A DNA stretch of 64,000 bases from an uncultured Acidimicrobiia bacterium (lineage in GTDB: Bacteria; Actinomycetota; Acidimicrobiia; Acidimicrobiales; CAIXPF01): NCBI GenBank assembly GCA_903921205.1, contig CAIXPF010000020.1, forward strand, positions 18,775 through 82,774, in the 5' to 3' direction. Position 1 is the stretch's first letter. Each line of letters starts with the position of its first letter. A program made the translations under genes and the position numbers. This document shows, one piece after another, positions 1 to 9,909 of this stretch. The notes under the pieces were generated by a model, which saw only the letters and a program-made list of their open reading frames with translations, did not search any database and had not been told where the DNA came from.

Positions 1-1748
1 TCGCCGGTGCGGGCCCGGTGGTCGAGCGCGGCGAGCAGCGCGCACAGCGTGAACCGGGGTGACGTGTAGTCGGTGTAGGCCAGGTACGGCCCCGCCGGCG
101 GACGGTCCGCCCAGCCGGTCACCTCGAAGAACCCGGCCACCGACGCGGCGAGGTTGCCGAAGCCGGCGAAGTCCCGCCACGGTCCGTCCTGTCCCATCAT
201 GCAGCTCGACAGCATGATGATCGCCGGGTTGAGCCGGGTGAGGTCCTCGTAGCCGAACCCGAGCGTGGCGGCGGTTCCCGGCGTGAACGCCTCGACCGCG
301 ACGTCGGCCCAGCGGGCCAGGTCCTCGATGACGGACCGTGACTGCGGCTTGGACAGGTCGAGTGCGAGCCCGTACTTGCCGGCGTTGGCGGCGTGCCAGG
401 TGATGCCGTTCTCCTGGTCGGGGATGTCGTCGCGATGGCCCAGGGACTGCCGGGCCAGGCACGGGCGGTGCGAGGACTCGACCCGGACGACGGTCGCCCC
501 CCAGTAGGCCAGGATGCGGGTGGCCAGCGGTGCGGCGGCCACCCACGACAGGTCGAGCACCCGCAGCCCGGCCAGCGGTGCGTGCGCCGGTGCGTTGCCG
601 GTTCTCGCCGGCCCGGCCGCCGGGGTCGGGCGGGCCACCGGCTCGGCGGTCCACCGGGCCGCGGCCGCGGGCTCGGCGGCATCGGCCGACGGTGCCGCAC
701 CGAGCCGCGGGAGCGGTGTTGCCGTGGCGCGCACCATCGGGCCGGGGTAGCGCACGCCGTCGTGTTCGTCCCAGTAGTTGCGGGCCTCGAGTTGGGGGCT
801 GGCGAGCACGTCGTGCAGCGTCGACACCGGGGCGATGAGCAGGTGCCGTTCGAGGGCCGCGTCCATCAGCTCCTGCTTGGACTTGGTGGCCGCCCAGTCG
901 CGGATCACGTCGATCAGCCGGGCCAACTCCTCGAGGGTCTCGGTGCCCTGTTGCAGTTGCAGGGCGAAATGGATCCAGTCCTTGTCGCGGGTGGCGTCGT
1001 CGCAGCAACCGTCCTCGTGGATCCACTGGAACAACCGCCGGGAGTACGGGCCGATCATCGGTCCGAAGGCGAGGGTGATGGTGGCGAAGCCGTCGGTGGT
1101 GGCGTGCACCCAGCGCAGCAGCAGCGGGCCGAGGGTGACACCCCCGGCGACGCGGGTGGACGGTGGCATGCCTCCGGGACCGAACAGCACCGCCGGCATC
1201 GCCGCAGCTGCGGTGGCCTGCTGGGCCGACAGGTCGACGTGCTGGCCCAGCCCGTCCCGGCGGCGGGCGGTGAGCGCCACGAGCGCGGCGACGGCGGCCT
1301 CGGAGGAAGCGTGCAGCCAGGCCTGCGGGGCGCTGACCCGGACCGGGGGCCGGTCGCTGTCGCCGGTGACCGACATCGGCCCCGCTGCGGCGTACAGGGT
1401 CAGGTCGTCGGCGGACCAGCCGGCTTTCGGGCCGGTCTCGCCGAAGGGGGTGATCGACACGGTGACCAGCCCGGCCTCGGTGGCGCGCCAGGCGGCGAGA
1501 TCGACCTCGAAGGGGGAGGTGCGGTTGTGCAGCACCACGTCGGCACCGGCAGCGAGCTCGTCGAGCTCTGCGGGGTCGCCCGCCGTGACCAGCCGCTTGC
1601 CGCGGTTGTACGCGGCATACCAGCCGTCCCGGCGGTGCGCCGACGGTGGTTCGGCCAGGATCACCTCGGCACCGAGCTGGGCCAGGAGGAACCCGGCCAT
1701 CCACCCCCGCCGATCGCACAGGTCCAGCACCCGGTACGAGCCCAGCAT
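1..1748 (-). CDS. Tandem-fused family III (CaiB/BaiF) CoA-transferase; the C-terminus runs off the left edge
   Basis: Absent from the ORF track because there is no stop in the window. My reverse-complement translation from ATG 1748-1746 reads MLGSYRVLDLCDRRGWMAGFLLAQLGAEVILAEPP, with SD-like GAGGGGGA just upstream. After an Ala/Pro-rich linker a second CaiB-like N-terminus restarts near 567 (LRVLDLSWVAAAPLATRILAYWGATVVRVES...FGNLAASVAGFF...YTDY). The architecture matches 52759-55188. Confidence 0.8.
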   Translation of the reverse strand, partial: MLGSYRVLDLCDRRGWMAGFLLAQLGAEVILAEPPSAHRRDGWYAAYNRGKRLVTAGDPAELDELAAGADVVLHNRTSPFEVDLAAWRATEAGLVTVSITPFGETGPKAGWSADDLTLYAAAGPMSVTGDSDRPPVRVSAPQAWLHASSEAAVAALVALTARRRDGLGQHVDLSAQQATAAAAMPAVLFGPGGMPPSTRVAGGVTLGPLLLRWVHATTDGFATITLAFGPMIGPYSRRLFQWIHEDGCCDDATRDKDWIHFALQLQQGTETLEELARLIDVIRDWAATKSKQELMDAALERHLLIAPVSTLHDVLASPQLEARNYWDEHDGVRYPGPMVRATATPLPRLGAAPSADAAEPAAAARWTAEPVARPTPAAGPARTGNAPAHAPLAGLRVLDLSWVAAAPLATRILAYWGATVVRVESSHRPCLARQSLGHRDDIPDQENGITWHAANAGKYGLALDLSKPQSRSVIEDLARWADVAVEAFTPGTAATLGFGYEDLTRLNPAIIMLSSCMMGQDGPWRDFAGFGNLAASVAGFFEVTGWADRPPAGPYLAYTDYTSPRFTLCALLAALDHRARTG

Positions 1749-1901
1749 CGTTCCCCCTCACCTCGAACACGACCTGATCGGTCGTTCTCGCGTTGCCCGA
1801 GCGTAGCGGGCAGCGTATGACGAACGTCACAGGGGGGGTCGCTGGAGTTCGTGGTCGCTGCGCTACCGTGCGCTTCTCGCCGAACAGCCGGAGGTCCGAA
1901 C

Positions 1902-3071
1902 ATGGCCTATGCCGAGGGTCGCACGTTCTTCGATGCCGACAGCCATCTCATGGAGCTGCCGAACTTCCTGGTCGAGGGGGCCGACCCCGCCATGCGCGAC
2001 CGGATCCCCCCGCTGTCGGTCAGCTCCGGTGGTCCGATGGCGGTCCGTATGCAGCAGTACGCCGCAGCCGGCGGACACAGCGCCGAGCAGGTGGCCGAGC
2101 TGTCCCGCGACGTGATCGGCGGGGCCAAGAACTACGAGGCCCTCGGCGCGTTCAACCGCAGCGAGCGCACCGTGGCCCTCGACCTGTTGGGGTTCCACGC
2201 CCAGTGGGTGTTCTCGTCGTTCTCGCCCGGACAGGTGCTGTTCATCCGTGACCTCGAGCTGCGTTACGCGGCCTGCCGGGCCCACAACCGCTCCATGGCG
2301 GCGTTCTGCGCCGACGACCCGCGGCTGCTGCCGGTGGCGTTGCTGTCGCTCGACGATCCCGAACGTGCCGCCACCGAGCTCGACCTGGCGCTCGAGCTGG
2401 GCTGCCGGGGCGTGTGGATCCCGGCCGGGCCGTGTGGCGGCCGTTCGCCGGGCCACGACGACCTCGACCCGATCTGGGCTCGCCTCGCCGAGGCCGGGGT
2501 GCCCTTCCTGCTGCACGTCGGCGGCCAGGCCATCCAGATCCGCGAGGAGTACATGAACACCGGCCGGCCGCAGCCCACCGACTGGCTGGGTGGCGCCGAG
2601 AACGTGCGCTCGAAGGACCTCACGGTGCTGCACCAGCGTGCCGAGGAGTTCCTGTCGGTCCTGATCCTCGACGGCGTGCTCGAGCGTCACCGCCAGCTGC
2701 GGGGTGCCGCCGTCGAGCTCGGCGCCACCTGGGTGCCGGGCATGCTGCGTCGTCTCGACCATGCGGCGTCGATCTGGGCCCGATCCGAGCCGGAGCTGCG
2801 CACCTTCACCCGGACGCCTTCGCAGCAGGCCTGCGATCAGCTGGCCTTCACCCCGTACCCGTTCGAGGACGTGGGCTCGTTGATCCGTGAGTCGGCCCCG
2901 GAGTTGTACCTGTTCTCCTCCGACTACCCCCACACCGAGGGCGGCCGGAACCCGATCGGGCGGTTCGAGTCCAGCCTCGGCGACCTCGACGAGGGCGTGC
3001 GGGGCCGGTTCTACGCCGACAACTTCACCAAGCTGCTGCCCTCCGCCCTGGAGCTGGCGCCGGTCGGCTGA
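1902..3071 (+). CDS. Amidohydrolase-2 (ACMSD/PF04909-like) family metal hydrolase
   Basis: Track ORF 1851-3071 trimmed to ATG 1902 (MAYAEGRTFFDADSHLME), which is preceded by GGAGG. The sequence looks like a TIM-barrel amidohydrolase, with LFSSDYPHTEGG near the C-terminus. Confidence 0.75.
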   Translation: MAYAEGRTFFDADSHLMELPNFLVEGADPAMRDRIPPLSVSSGGPMAVRMQQYAAAGGHSAEQVAELSRDVIGGAKNYEALGAFNRSERTVALDLLGFHAQWVFSSFSPGQVLFIRDLELRYAACRAHNRSMAAFCADDPRLLPVALLSLDDPERAATELDLALELGCRGVWIPAGPCGGRSPGHDDLDPIWARLAEAGVPFLLHVGGQAIQIREEYMNTGRPQPTDWLGGAENVRSKDLTVLHQRAEEFLSVLILDGVLERHRQLRGAAVELGATWVPGMLRRLDHAASIWARSEPELRTFTRTPSQQACDQLAFTPYPFEDVGSLIRESAPELYLFSSDYPHTEGGRNPIGRFESSLGDLDEGVRGRFYADNFTKLLPSALELAPVG

Positions 3072-3103
3072 ACGACCGACGCCGTGCGCTGCTGCGCCGG
3101 GCC

Positions 3104-4270
3104 TCAGGCGACGACGCCGTCGGCGCGCAGCGTGGCGATGGTGGCCGCGTCGAGGCCGATCTCGGCGAGGACCTCGTCGGTGTGCTGGCCGAAGCCCGGC
3201 GCCGGACGACCGATGCCGGTCGGCGTGTCGCTGAAGCGGGCCGCGGGCCGGGGGATGTGCACGGTGCCTGCGGTGGGGTGCTCGTGGGTCTCGATCAGGG
3301 CGTTGTGGCGCACCTGCGGATCGGCCAGTGCCTCGTCGAGGGACTGCACCGCCGCCGAGGGGACGTCCGCGGCCCGTAACCGGGACAGGGCCTCGGCGGT
3401 GCTCAGCGCGGCGAACGTGCTGCGGCACTCCTCGAGCAGGGCAGCGGCGTTGCGCACCCGCCCGGCCCGGGTGGCGAACCGCTCGTCGTCGGCGAGCTCC
3501 GGACGGCCGAGGCCCTCCGCGGCGCGGCGGAACTTGTCGTCGGTGGGCCACGCCAGGGTGATCTGACCGTCGAGGGTGTCGTAGGGCTGGTACCAGCCGG
3601 TGTAGGTCGGGACCGGTTCGAGGTGGGGCACGCTGTGGTTCCAGAACAGGTCGAGCCACACGAAGGACAGGGTGGCGTCGAGCAGGCTGAGCTCGACGTG
3701 CTGGCCCCGGCCGGTGCGGGTCCGGGCGAGCAGGGCGCCGAGCGCAGCGTTGGCGGCGGTCACTGCAGTGACCTTGTCGGCGATGACGTTCTTCACCAGA
3801 TCGCCACCCTGGCCGGCCACGACCCCGGCAACCGCCTGCACGATGGGGTCGTAGACCGGTTGGTCTGCGTAGGGCCCGTCGGGGCCGAACCCCGACACCG
3901 ACACGTAGACCAACCGCTCGTTGCGGGCCGACAGCGCCTCGTAGCCGAGGCCGATGCGCTCGGCCACGCCGGGCCGGAAGTTCTGGACGAACACGTCGGC
4001 CCGATCGGCCAGCGCCAACAGGGCGTCGAGGCCCCGTTGGTCGCGGACGTCGATCGCTGCGGCCCGCTTGTTGCGGTGCATCGACACCCACGAACCGGAG
4101 ACGTCACCGACCACCGGGCCGGTCACCCGCATGACATCGGGCCGATGCACCGGCTCGACCATGACGACCTCGGCCCCCATGTCGGCCAGTTGGGTGCTGA
4201 TGAACGGTCCGGCCACCGCGGCGGACACGTCGAGCACCCGGATCCCTTCGAGCGCGCCGCCGTGGTGCAT
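3104..4270 (-). CDS. Family III CoA-transferase (CaiB/BaiF)
   Basis: 388 aa. N-terminus GIRVLDVSAAVAGPF, catalytic-Asp region YDPIVQAVAGV, and C-terminal FGQHTDEVL are all typical of the family. Confidence 0.85.
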   Translation of the reverse strand: MHHGGALEGIRVLDVSAAVAGPFISTQLADMGAEVVMVEPVHRPDVMRVTGPVVGDVSGSWVSMHRNKRAAAIDVRDQRGLDALLALADRADVFVQNFRPGVAERIGLGYEALSARNERLVYVSVSGFGPDGPYADQPVYDPIVQAVAGVVAGQGGDLVKNVIADKVTAVTAANAALGALLARTRTGRGQHVELSLLDATLSFVWLDLFWNHSVPHLEPVPTYTGWYQPYDTLDGQITLAWPTDDKFRRAAEGLGRPELADDERFATRAGRVRNAAALLEECRSTFAALSTAEALSRLRAADVPSAAVQSLDEALADPQVRHNALIETHEHPTAGTVHIPRPAARFSDTPTGIGRPAPGFGQHTDEVLAEIGLDAATIATLRADGVVA

Positions 4271-4276
4271 GGCCGG

Positions 4277-5134
4277 TCAGTCCTTGGTGGCGAACTCGTC
4301 GAGCAACGCCTGGTTGCGGTCGAGGAAGCGGTGGTGCTTGTCGGCCTCGTCGGGGGCCGAGAAGACCACGCGGTGGATACCGAGGCCGGCGTAGCGCTCG
4401 AGCACCTCGCCGGAAGGCGGATTGAAGCAGTACATGGTGATGGCGACGGTGTCGGGGTCGCGCTCGGCGGCGTTGACTGCGTCCCGGAACCAGCCGATGC
4501 CCTTGGCCACGTCGCGGAAGCCGATGTCGAGCGGGCACCACTCGTCGGCGTACTCGGCGACGTGGCGCAACCCGACCCGACCCTGGCAGCCCATCAGGAC
4601 CGGCGGTCCCTGCGGGCGGGTCGGCTTGGGGTACACCCACGACGGGGCGACGTTCACGAAGCTGCCCTGGTAACCGGCTTCTTCCTCGGACCACATCAAT
4701 CGCAGCGCAGCGATGGTCTCGCGCATGGCGTTGTACCGCTGCGACCACGGCACCGAGGACACGTTGGCCAGCTCCTCACGGTTCCAGCCGACGCCGACGC
4801 CGAAGAGCAGGCGGCCACCGGACACCTCGTCGAGGGTGGCGACGGACTTGGCGAGGTCGATGATCTCGTGCTCGAGCACCAGGCAGACCCCGGTGACCAG
4901 CTTCAGTTCGGTGGTCGCCGCAGCGGCCATGGCGAGGGACACGAACGGGTCGCGCATGTGCCAGTAGAAGCGGGGCAGGTCCGCGCCGCTGGGATGCGGG
5001 GTCTCGCGGCTGGCGGGGATGTGGCTGTGCTCGCCGACCCACAGCGAGTCGTAGCCGCGCTGCTCGAGGTCGCGGGCCATCTCGCCGGGAGCTACGCCGT
5101 AGTCGCTGTTGGGTGATGCCAGGCCGATCTTCAC
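4277..5134 (-). CDS. LLM-class (luciferase-like) F420-dependent oxidoreductase
   Basis: Track ORF 4277-5239 trimmed to GTG 5134 (VKIGLASPN). Motifs LWVGEHSHIP and GVGVGWN. Close paralog of 63393-64000. Only a 6-nt gap to the downstream CoA-transferase. Confidence 0.8.
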   Translation of the reverse strand: MKIGLASPNSDYGVAPGEMARDLEQRGYDSLWVGEHSHIPASRETPHPSGADLPRFYWHMRDPFVSLAMAAAATTELKLVTGVCLVLEHEIIDLAKSVATLDEVSGGRLLFGVGVGWNREELANVSSVPWSQRYNAMRETIAALRLMWSEEEAGYQGSFVNVAPSWVYPKPTRPQGPPVLMGCQGRVGLRHVAEYADEWCPLDIGFRDVAKGIGWFRDAVNAAERDPDTVAITMYCFNPPSGEVLERYAGLGIHRVVFSAPDEADKHHRFLDRNQALLDEFATKD

Positions 5135-5320
5135 AGGGTCCCCCCGGGTTCGTCGTCGCCGCCTTTCTAGCCGCCCGTGTCGGAGGACACACGCGACCCG
5201 AATGCGGTCACGGGGGTCGTGCCTGCCCGACGACGGCACGTGGGCCGCGTCGGCGGGTCCTGCCTACAGTGGTCCGGCCCGGGGGCCGGTTCGCCTCGTC
5301 ATGGGCAGGAGGCGATCGAC

Positions 5321-6793
5321 ATGCTGCAACCGCAGGACACGACGGTGGGTGTGCTCGGCGCCGGCATCAGCGGCGTGCTCATGGGCATGCAGCTGCGCCG
5401 GGCCGGCATCGACGACTTCGTCATCTACGAGAAGCAGCCCGACGTCGGCGGCACCTGGCTGCGCAACACCTACCCGGGTCTGCACTGCGACATCCCGTCG
5501 CTGCTGTACAGCTACTCCTTCGAGCACAACCCGTCGTGGTCGATGATCTACGCCGGCCGCCGGGAGATCCAGGCCTACGTGCGGGCCTGCGCCGAGAAGT
5601 ACGACCTGATCGAGCGGATCCGTTTCGGAACCGAGGTCGAGGCGGCCCGCTACGACGAGGACGCCGCGCACTGGACGTTGGAGCTGGCCGACGGCAGCAG
5701 CGTCCGCCACCGCATGCTGGTCTCCGCGACCGGTGGGCTGACCGACGGCCGCCTGCCGCGTATCGACGGGATCGACACCTTCCGGGGGCCGCTGTGGCAT
5801 TCCTCGGGTTGGCGTGACGACGTCGATCTGAGCGGCCTGCGGGTGGCGGTGGTGGGCAGCGCGGCGAGTGCCGTGCAGGTGGTTCCGGAGGTGGCAAAGG
5901 TCGCCGGCAGTGTGGTGGTCTTCTCGCGTACCCCGAACTGGGTCATGCCTCGCAACAACCGGGCGTACCGCGACGACGAGCTGGCCGCCATGCGGACGCC
6001 CGAGGGGCTGCGCCGGGCCCGTCGCCCGCTCTACCGTGATGCGCTGCGCTGGTACAAGGCCTTCCGCAAGGAGTCCACCGGCACCGCCGAGCTGCGCGAG
6101 ATCTGCCTCGGCAACCTGCGGCGGTCCATCGCCGACCCCGCCCTGATCGCGGCGCTGACGCCCGACTACGAGCCGGGCTGCAAGCGGATCCTGGTGTCCG
6201 ACGAGTACTACCCGGCATTGGCGCTCGAGCACGTCGAGCTGGTCCCGCACGGGGTCGACGCGCTCACCGAGGACGCCGTGGTGGCTTCCGACGCATCGGT
6301 GCATCCTGTCGACGTGGTGATCTTCTGCACCGGCTACCGCCTCGGCGGCCGGGCCGATGGCCGCCCGGCGCTCGAGGTCCACGGGCGGGGCGGCCGGCGC
6401 CTCGTCGACCATCTGGCGGGCAAGCCGGAGGCGTACCGGGGCATGGCCCTGCCGGGCTTCCCGAACTACTTCACCGTGTGCGGCATAAACGGCACGGTCG
6501 CCTACGGTTCGGTCACCGCCTCGGCCGAGCTCGAGACCGAGGTCATTGCCGGCTTCGCCGGTCGGTTGGCCCGTGGCGAGTTCCGTTCCGTCGAGGTGCG
6601 GGCCGACGTGACCAGCTCCTGGAGCGAGTCGGTCCAGCAGGAGCTGTCGCAGATGAGCTGGTCGGGCGACTGCCCGAACTTCTACCGCGATGCCAACGGG
6701 CGCATCGTGTCGTTCTTCCCCGGCACCGTCGGGCGCATGCGGCGCGAGCTGCGTGCGCTCGACGATGCCGAGTTCATCCTCGAACCGGCCTGA
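5321..6793 (+). CDS. Class B flavoprotein monooxygenase (FMO / Baeyer-Villiger type)
   Basis: Track ORF 5177-6793 trimmed to ATG 5321 with SD GGCAGGAGG. Motifs GVLGAGISG and DVGGTW, BVMO-like fingerprint FRGPLWHSSGW, and a second dinucleotide fold VAVVGSAASAVQ. Confidence 0.8.
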   Translation: MLQPQDTTVGVLGAGISGVLMGMQLRRAGIDDFVIYEKQPDVGGTWLRNTYPGLHCDIPSLLYSYSFEHNPSWSMIYAGRREIQAYVRACAEKYDLIERIRFGTEVEAARYDEDAAHWTLELADGSSVRHRMLVSATGGLTDGRLPRIDGIDTFRGPLWHSSGWRDDVDLSGLRVAVVGSAASAVQVVPEVAKVAGSVVVFSRTPNWVMPRNNRAYRDDELAAMRTPEGLRRARRPLYRDALRWYKAFRKESTGTAELREICLGNLRRSIADPALIAALTPDYEPGCKRILVSDEYYPALALEHVELVPHGVDALTEDAVVASDASVHPVDVVIFCTGYRLGGRADGRPALEVHGRGGRRLVDHLAGKPEAYRGMALPGFPNYFTVCGINGTVAYGSVTASAELETEVIAGFAGRLARGEFRSVEVRADVTSSWSESVQQELSQMSWSGDCPNFYRDANGRIVSFFPGTVGRMRRELRALDDAEFILEPA

Positions 6794-6868
6794 GCGGCGA
6801 CCCGGCACGGCGTGCCGTACCATCCGGTTGGGTACGGGGCGCATCGGCCGGTCCCGCCTGCGGCAAGA

Positions 6869-7450
6869 ATGCCGGGGTACCCCGAGACTGGAGTTGCCGT
6901 GGCCGCACCGTCGAAGTTCGCCCATGTCGTCTACAACACCCACCGCTACCACGAGATGATCGACTGGTACCTCATGGTGTTCGAGGCCCGCGTGCAGCAC
7001 CGCGACGACCGGCTCACCTTCCTCACCTACGACGACGAGCACCATCGCTTCGCCTTCGCCAACCTCGGGCCCCTGCCGGACGACCCGCCGGCACCGAGGC
7101 TGGGCAAGGGGCCGGGGGTCAACCATGTGGCCTATACCTGGCGTGATCTCGGCGAGTTCGTCGAGCTGTACAAGCGGCTGAAGGACCATGGCGTGCTTCC
7201 GGTGCGTCCCATCCGCCATGGTCTGACGCTGTCGATGTACTACGCGGATCCGGACGGCAACCTCATGGAGTTCCAGATCGACGTGCTCGACCCTGACGCG
7301 GCGAACGCGTTCATGGCCGGGCCGGCCTTCGAGGCGAACCCGGTGGGCGAGCCGTTCGACCCCGAGGAGCTGGTGGCCCGGTACGAGGCGGGGACCTCCG
7401 TCGACGACGTGGTGTTCCGGTCCGACCAGGTCCCGGTGCCGTTCGGGTGA
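6869..7450 (+). CDS. VOC-family protein, small extradiol-dioxygenase (BphC-III-like) type
   Basis: Track ORF 6812-7450. Sequence KFAHVVYNT...TFLTYDDEHHRFAF...VNHVAYTW...YYADPDGNLMEFQ. The start is uncertain: ATG 6869, or GTG 6899, which has a GGAG 5 nt upstream. Confidence 0.65.
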   Translation: MPGYPETGVAVAAPSKFAHVVYNTHRYHEMIDWYLMVFEARVQHRDDRLTFLTYDDEHHRFAFANLGPLPDDPPAPRLGKGPGVNHVAYTWRDLGEFVELYKRLKDHGVLPVRPIRHGLTLSMYYADPDGNLMEFQIDVLDPDAANAFMAGPAFEANPVGEPFDPEELVARYEAGTSVDDVVFRSDQVPVPFG

Positions 7451-9078
7451 TGAGCACTGCTGCAGCGGTGCACCGCGTCCCGGTGCTCGTGGCCGGTGGC
7501 GGTCCGGTGGGCCTCACCCTGGGCCATGAGCTGGCTGCGCACGGGGTGTCGTGCCTGGTGGTCGAGCGCAACCCGTCCACGACCCGGCACCCGAAGATGG
7601 ACATCACCAACAGCCGTTCGATGGAGCTGTTCGGCCGTCTCGGCCTGTCGGAGCTGATCCGCTCGATCGGGGTTCCGGCCGACCATCCCTTCGACGTGAT
7701 CTGGGTGACCCGTCCGACCGGGACGGTGCTGCACCGCTTCGCCTACCCGTCCCAGAACGCCGCATGGGAGCGCATCCGGGCCTGCGAGGACGGGTCGGCG
7801 CCGGCCGAGCCGCCGGTGCGGATCTCACAGATCGTGTTGGAGCCGGCCCTGCGCGACGCACTCGTGGCCCGGCCCGGGGTCACCCTGCGCTACGGGTGGG
7901 CGCTGCGGTCCTTCGTGCAGGACGCCGACGGGGTGACCGCCACCCTCGTCGCCGAGGACGGCACCGAGCAGACCGTTCGCGCCGACTACCTCGTCGGCTG
8001 TGACGGGGGTGGTTCGACGGTTCGTCATCAGCTGGGCATCGGGCTCGACGGCACCCCGGCCATCCGCCAGTCCTACACGGTGCACTTCCGCTCCCGCGAC
8101 CATGCCCGGCTGCAACGTTTCGGTCACGTGTGGCACGTCCAGAGCGCCATGGGCACGCTCGTGGCCCAGGACGACGACGAGGCCTGGACGCTGCACAGCC
8201 GGGTGCCCGACGGTGTCGACCCCGACACGCTCGACCCGCAGGCCGTGCTGGAGGACTTCCTCGGCGGCCCTGTCGAGGCGGAGATCCTGGTGGCGAATCC
8301 GTGGAAGGCCCATCTGCTGGTCGCCGACCGCTACGGCGAGGGTCGGGTACTGCTGTGCGGCGACGCCACCCACCAGTTCGTCCCGACCGGCGGGTACGGG
8401 ATGAACACCGGGGTGGCCGATGCCTGCGACCTGGGCTGGAAGCTGTGGGCCACGCTGGCCGGTTGGGGCGGCCCGGCGCTGCTCGGGTCCTACGAGGCCG
8501 AGCGCCGTCCGGTGGCGTTGACCAACCGGGAGGGTTCCCGGGCCCATGTTCTCACCCGGTTCCGCATCGCCGAGCTGTACGCCGCTCAGCCGAACCTGCA
8601 CGATGAGGGTCTGCTCGGCGAGAAGGCCCGGGCCACGCTGGCTGCGCAGCTCGACGAGATCGGCAACGCCGAGAACGAGTGCTGGGGTATCGAGTACGGC
8701 TATCGCTACGACGACTCGCCGATCGTGGCGCTCGACGCGGAGCCGCCTCCGCCGGTCGATCCTCGCCGGTACGTGCCGTCGACCCGGCCCGGGGGACGGC
8801 TGCCCAACACCTTCGTCGACGGGGTGTCGCTCTACCGGCGGTTGGGGGAGGGCTTCACCCTGCTGGCGGTGGGGGCCGAACCCCCGGCGATGGCGATCGA
8901 ACGGGCTGCGGCCCGGGGTGTTCCCCTGACGGTGCTGGAACTACCGACCGAACTGCGGCCGATCTACCCCGAGCCGTACCTGCTGGTACGCCCCGACCAT
9001 CACCTCGCCTGGCGCGGCGGGACCGACGGCACCGACTGGGACGCCGTGCTGGCCCGCGCCACCGGTTGGGCGGGGTGA
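7447..9078 (+). CDS. FAD-dependent aromatic-ring hydroxylase (PheA/TfdB-like)
   Basis: 543 aa. The GTGATG start overlaps the upstream stop. Motifs VLVAGGGPVGL, CDGGGSTVR and LCGDATHQFVPTGGYGMNTG. Confidence 0.85.
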   Translation: MMSTAAAVHRVPVLVAGGGPVGLTLGHELAAHGVSCLVVERNPSTTRHPKMDITNSRSMELFGRLGLSELIRSIGVPADHPFDVIWVTRPTGTVLHRFAYPSQNAAWERIRACEDGSAPAEPPVRISQIVLEPALRDALVARPGVTLRYGWALRSFVQDADGVTATLVAEDGTEQTVRADYLVGCDGGGSTVRHQLGIGLDGTPAIRQSYTVHFRSRDHARLQRFGHVWHVQSAMGTLVAQDDDEAWTLHSRVPDGVDPDTLDPQAVLEDFLGGPVEAEILVANPWKAHLLVADRYGEGRVLLCGDATHQFVPTGGYGMNTGVADACDLGWKLWATLAGWGGPALLGSYEAERRPVALTNREGSRAHVLTRFRIAELYAAQPNLHDEGLLGEKARATLAAQLDEIGNAENECWGIEYGYRYDDSPIVALDAEPPPPVDPRRYVPSTRPGGRLPNTFVDGVSLYRRLGEGFTLLAVGAEPPAMAIERAAARGVPLTVLELPTELRPIYPEPYLLVRPDHHLAWRGGTDGTDWDAVLARATGWAG

Positions 9079-9120
9079 GCCCCGGGGCCGCACCGCCCGT
9101 GCTGCGACCCCCCCCGGCCG

Positions 9121-9795
9121 TCAGTCGTCGAAGCCGACGAAGCTGGCCAGCTCGACGGCGGGCACGCGTGGCGCCTTCACGTCGTTGGCGGCGAAGTCGT
9201 CGAGCGGATAGCCCATCGCCACGCAGGTCATGATGACCTCGTTCTCGGGAATGTTGGCATGGGCCCGCACCACGTCGGACTGCATGATGCCCTGGCCGTT
9301 GATGACGGTGCCCAGGCCGCGGTCCCACGCCGCCAGACACAACCCGTAGGTCACCGCGCCACAGTCGAAGTGGCCGATCGTGGCGAGCTGCAGGCTCTTG
9401 TCGTAGGTGACCACGATCGACACCGGGGCGTCGAACTGGCGGAAGCCGCGCATCATCCAGTCGGTGCGGCGGGCCTTGTCCTCGCGGATGCCCATGGCGT
9501 CGAAGAGCTGGAAGGCGATCTCGACCTGCCGCTCGCGGTGCACGCCGTCGTAGGCGCCCTCGACGGGGATCTCCCGTTGGGGCTTGGCGCCGGCCATCAT
9601 CCGTTCGGTGTTCCCGGCCCGGATGTTGTCCAGCGGCTCGCCGGCCACCACGTGGAAGTGCCAGGGCTGGGTGTTCATCGACGACGGTGCTCCGGAGGCG
9701 AGCTCGATGATCTCGAGGATGACCTCCTTGGGGACGGGGTCCTTCTTGTAGCCCCGGATGCTGCGTCGCTCCCGAACCAGCTGGGCGTGTTCCAC
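9121..9795 (-). CDS. Nitroreductase-family flavoprotein
   Basis: 224 aa. RRSIRGYKKDPVP...APSSMNTQPWHFHVV is typical of the nitroreductase fold. Confidence 0.8.
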   Translation of the reverse strand: MEHAQLVRERRSIRGYKKDPVPKEVILEIIELASGAPSSMNTQPWHFHVVAGEPLDNIRAGNTERMMAGAKPQREIPVEGAYDGVHRERQVEIAFQLFDAMGIREDKARRTDWMMRGFRQFDAPVSIVVTYDKSLQLATIGHFDCGAVTYGLCLAAWDRGLGTVINGQGIMQSDVVRAHANIPENEVIMTCVAMGYPLDDFAANDVKAPRVPAVELASFVGFDD

Positions 9796-9909
9796 CGAAG
9801 TGCCTTTCGTCGCGGGTGTGCCGGCGAAGTGTAGGCGCGTCGGCTCAGCGTCTCGGAGCGCGATCGCCGGGCCGGTACCGGCTCGCTGCGGCCCGGCCCG
9901 ACGCCCGGG

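Noticed and set aside
1863-4091. A 742-aa ORF on the minus strand. Similar very long track ORFs are 393-1820 (+), 5264-7219 (-), 43175-45343 (-), 45384-47840 (-), 38630-40141 (-) and 3623-5116 (+).
   Set aside because: They lie antisense to or out of frame with genes that have clear family motifs. Their translations are Arg/Pro/Gly/Ala-rich with no recognisable domain. This is the expected stop-codon-poor shadow-ORF artefact of very GC-rich DNA.
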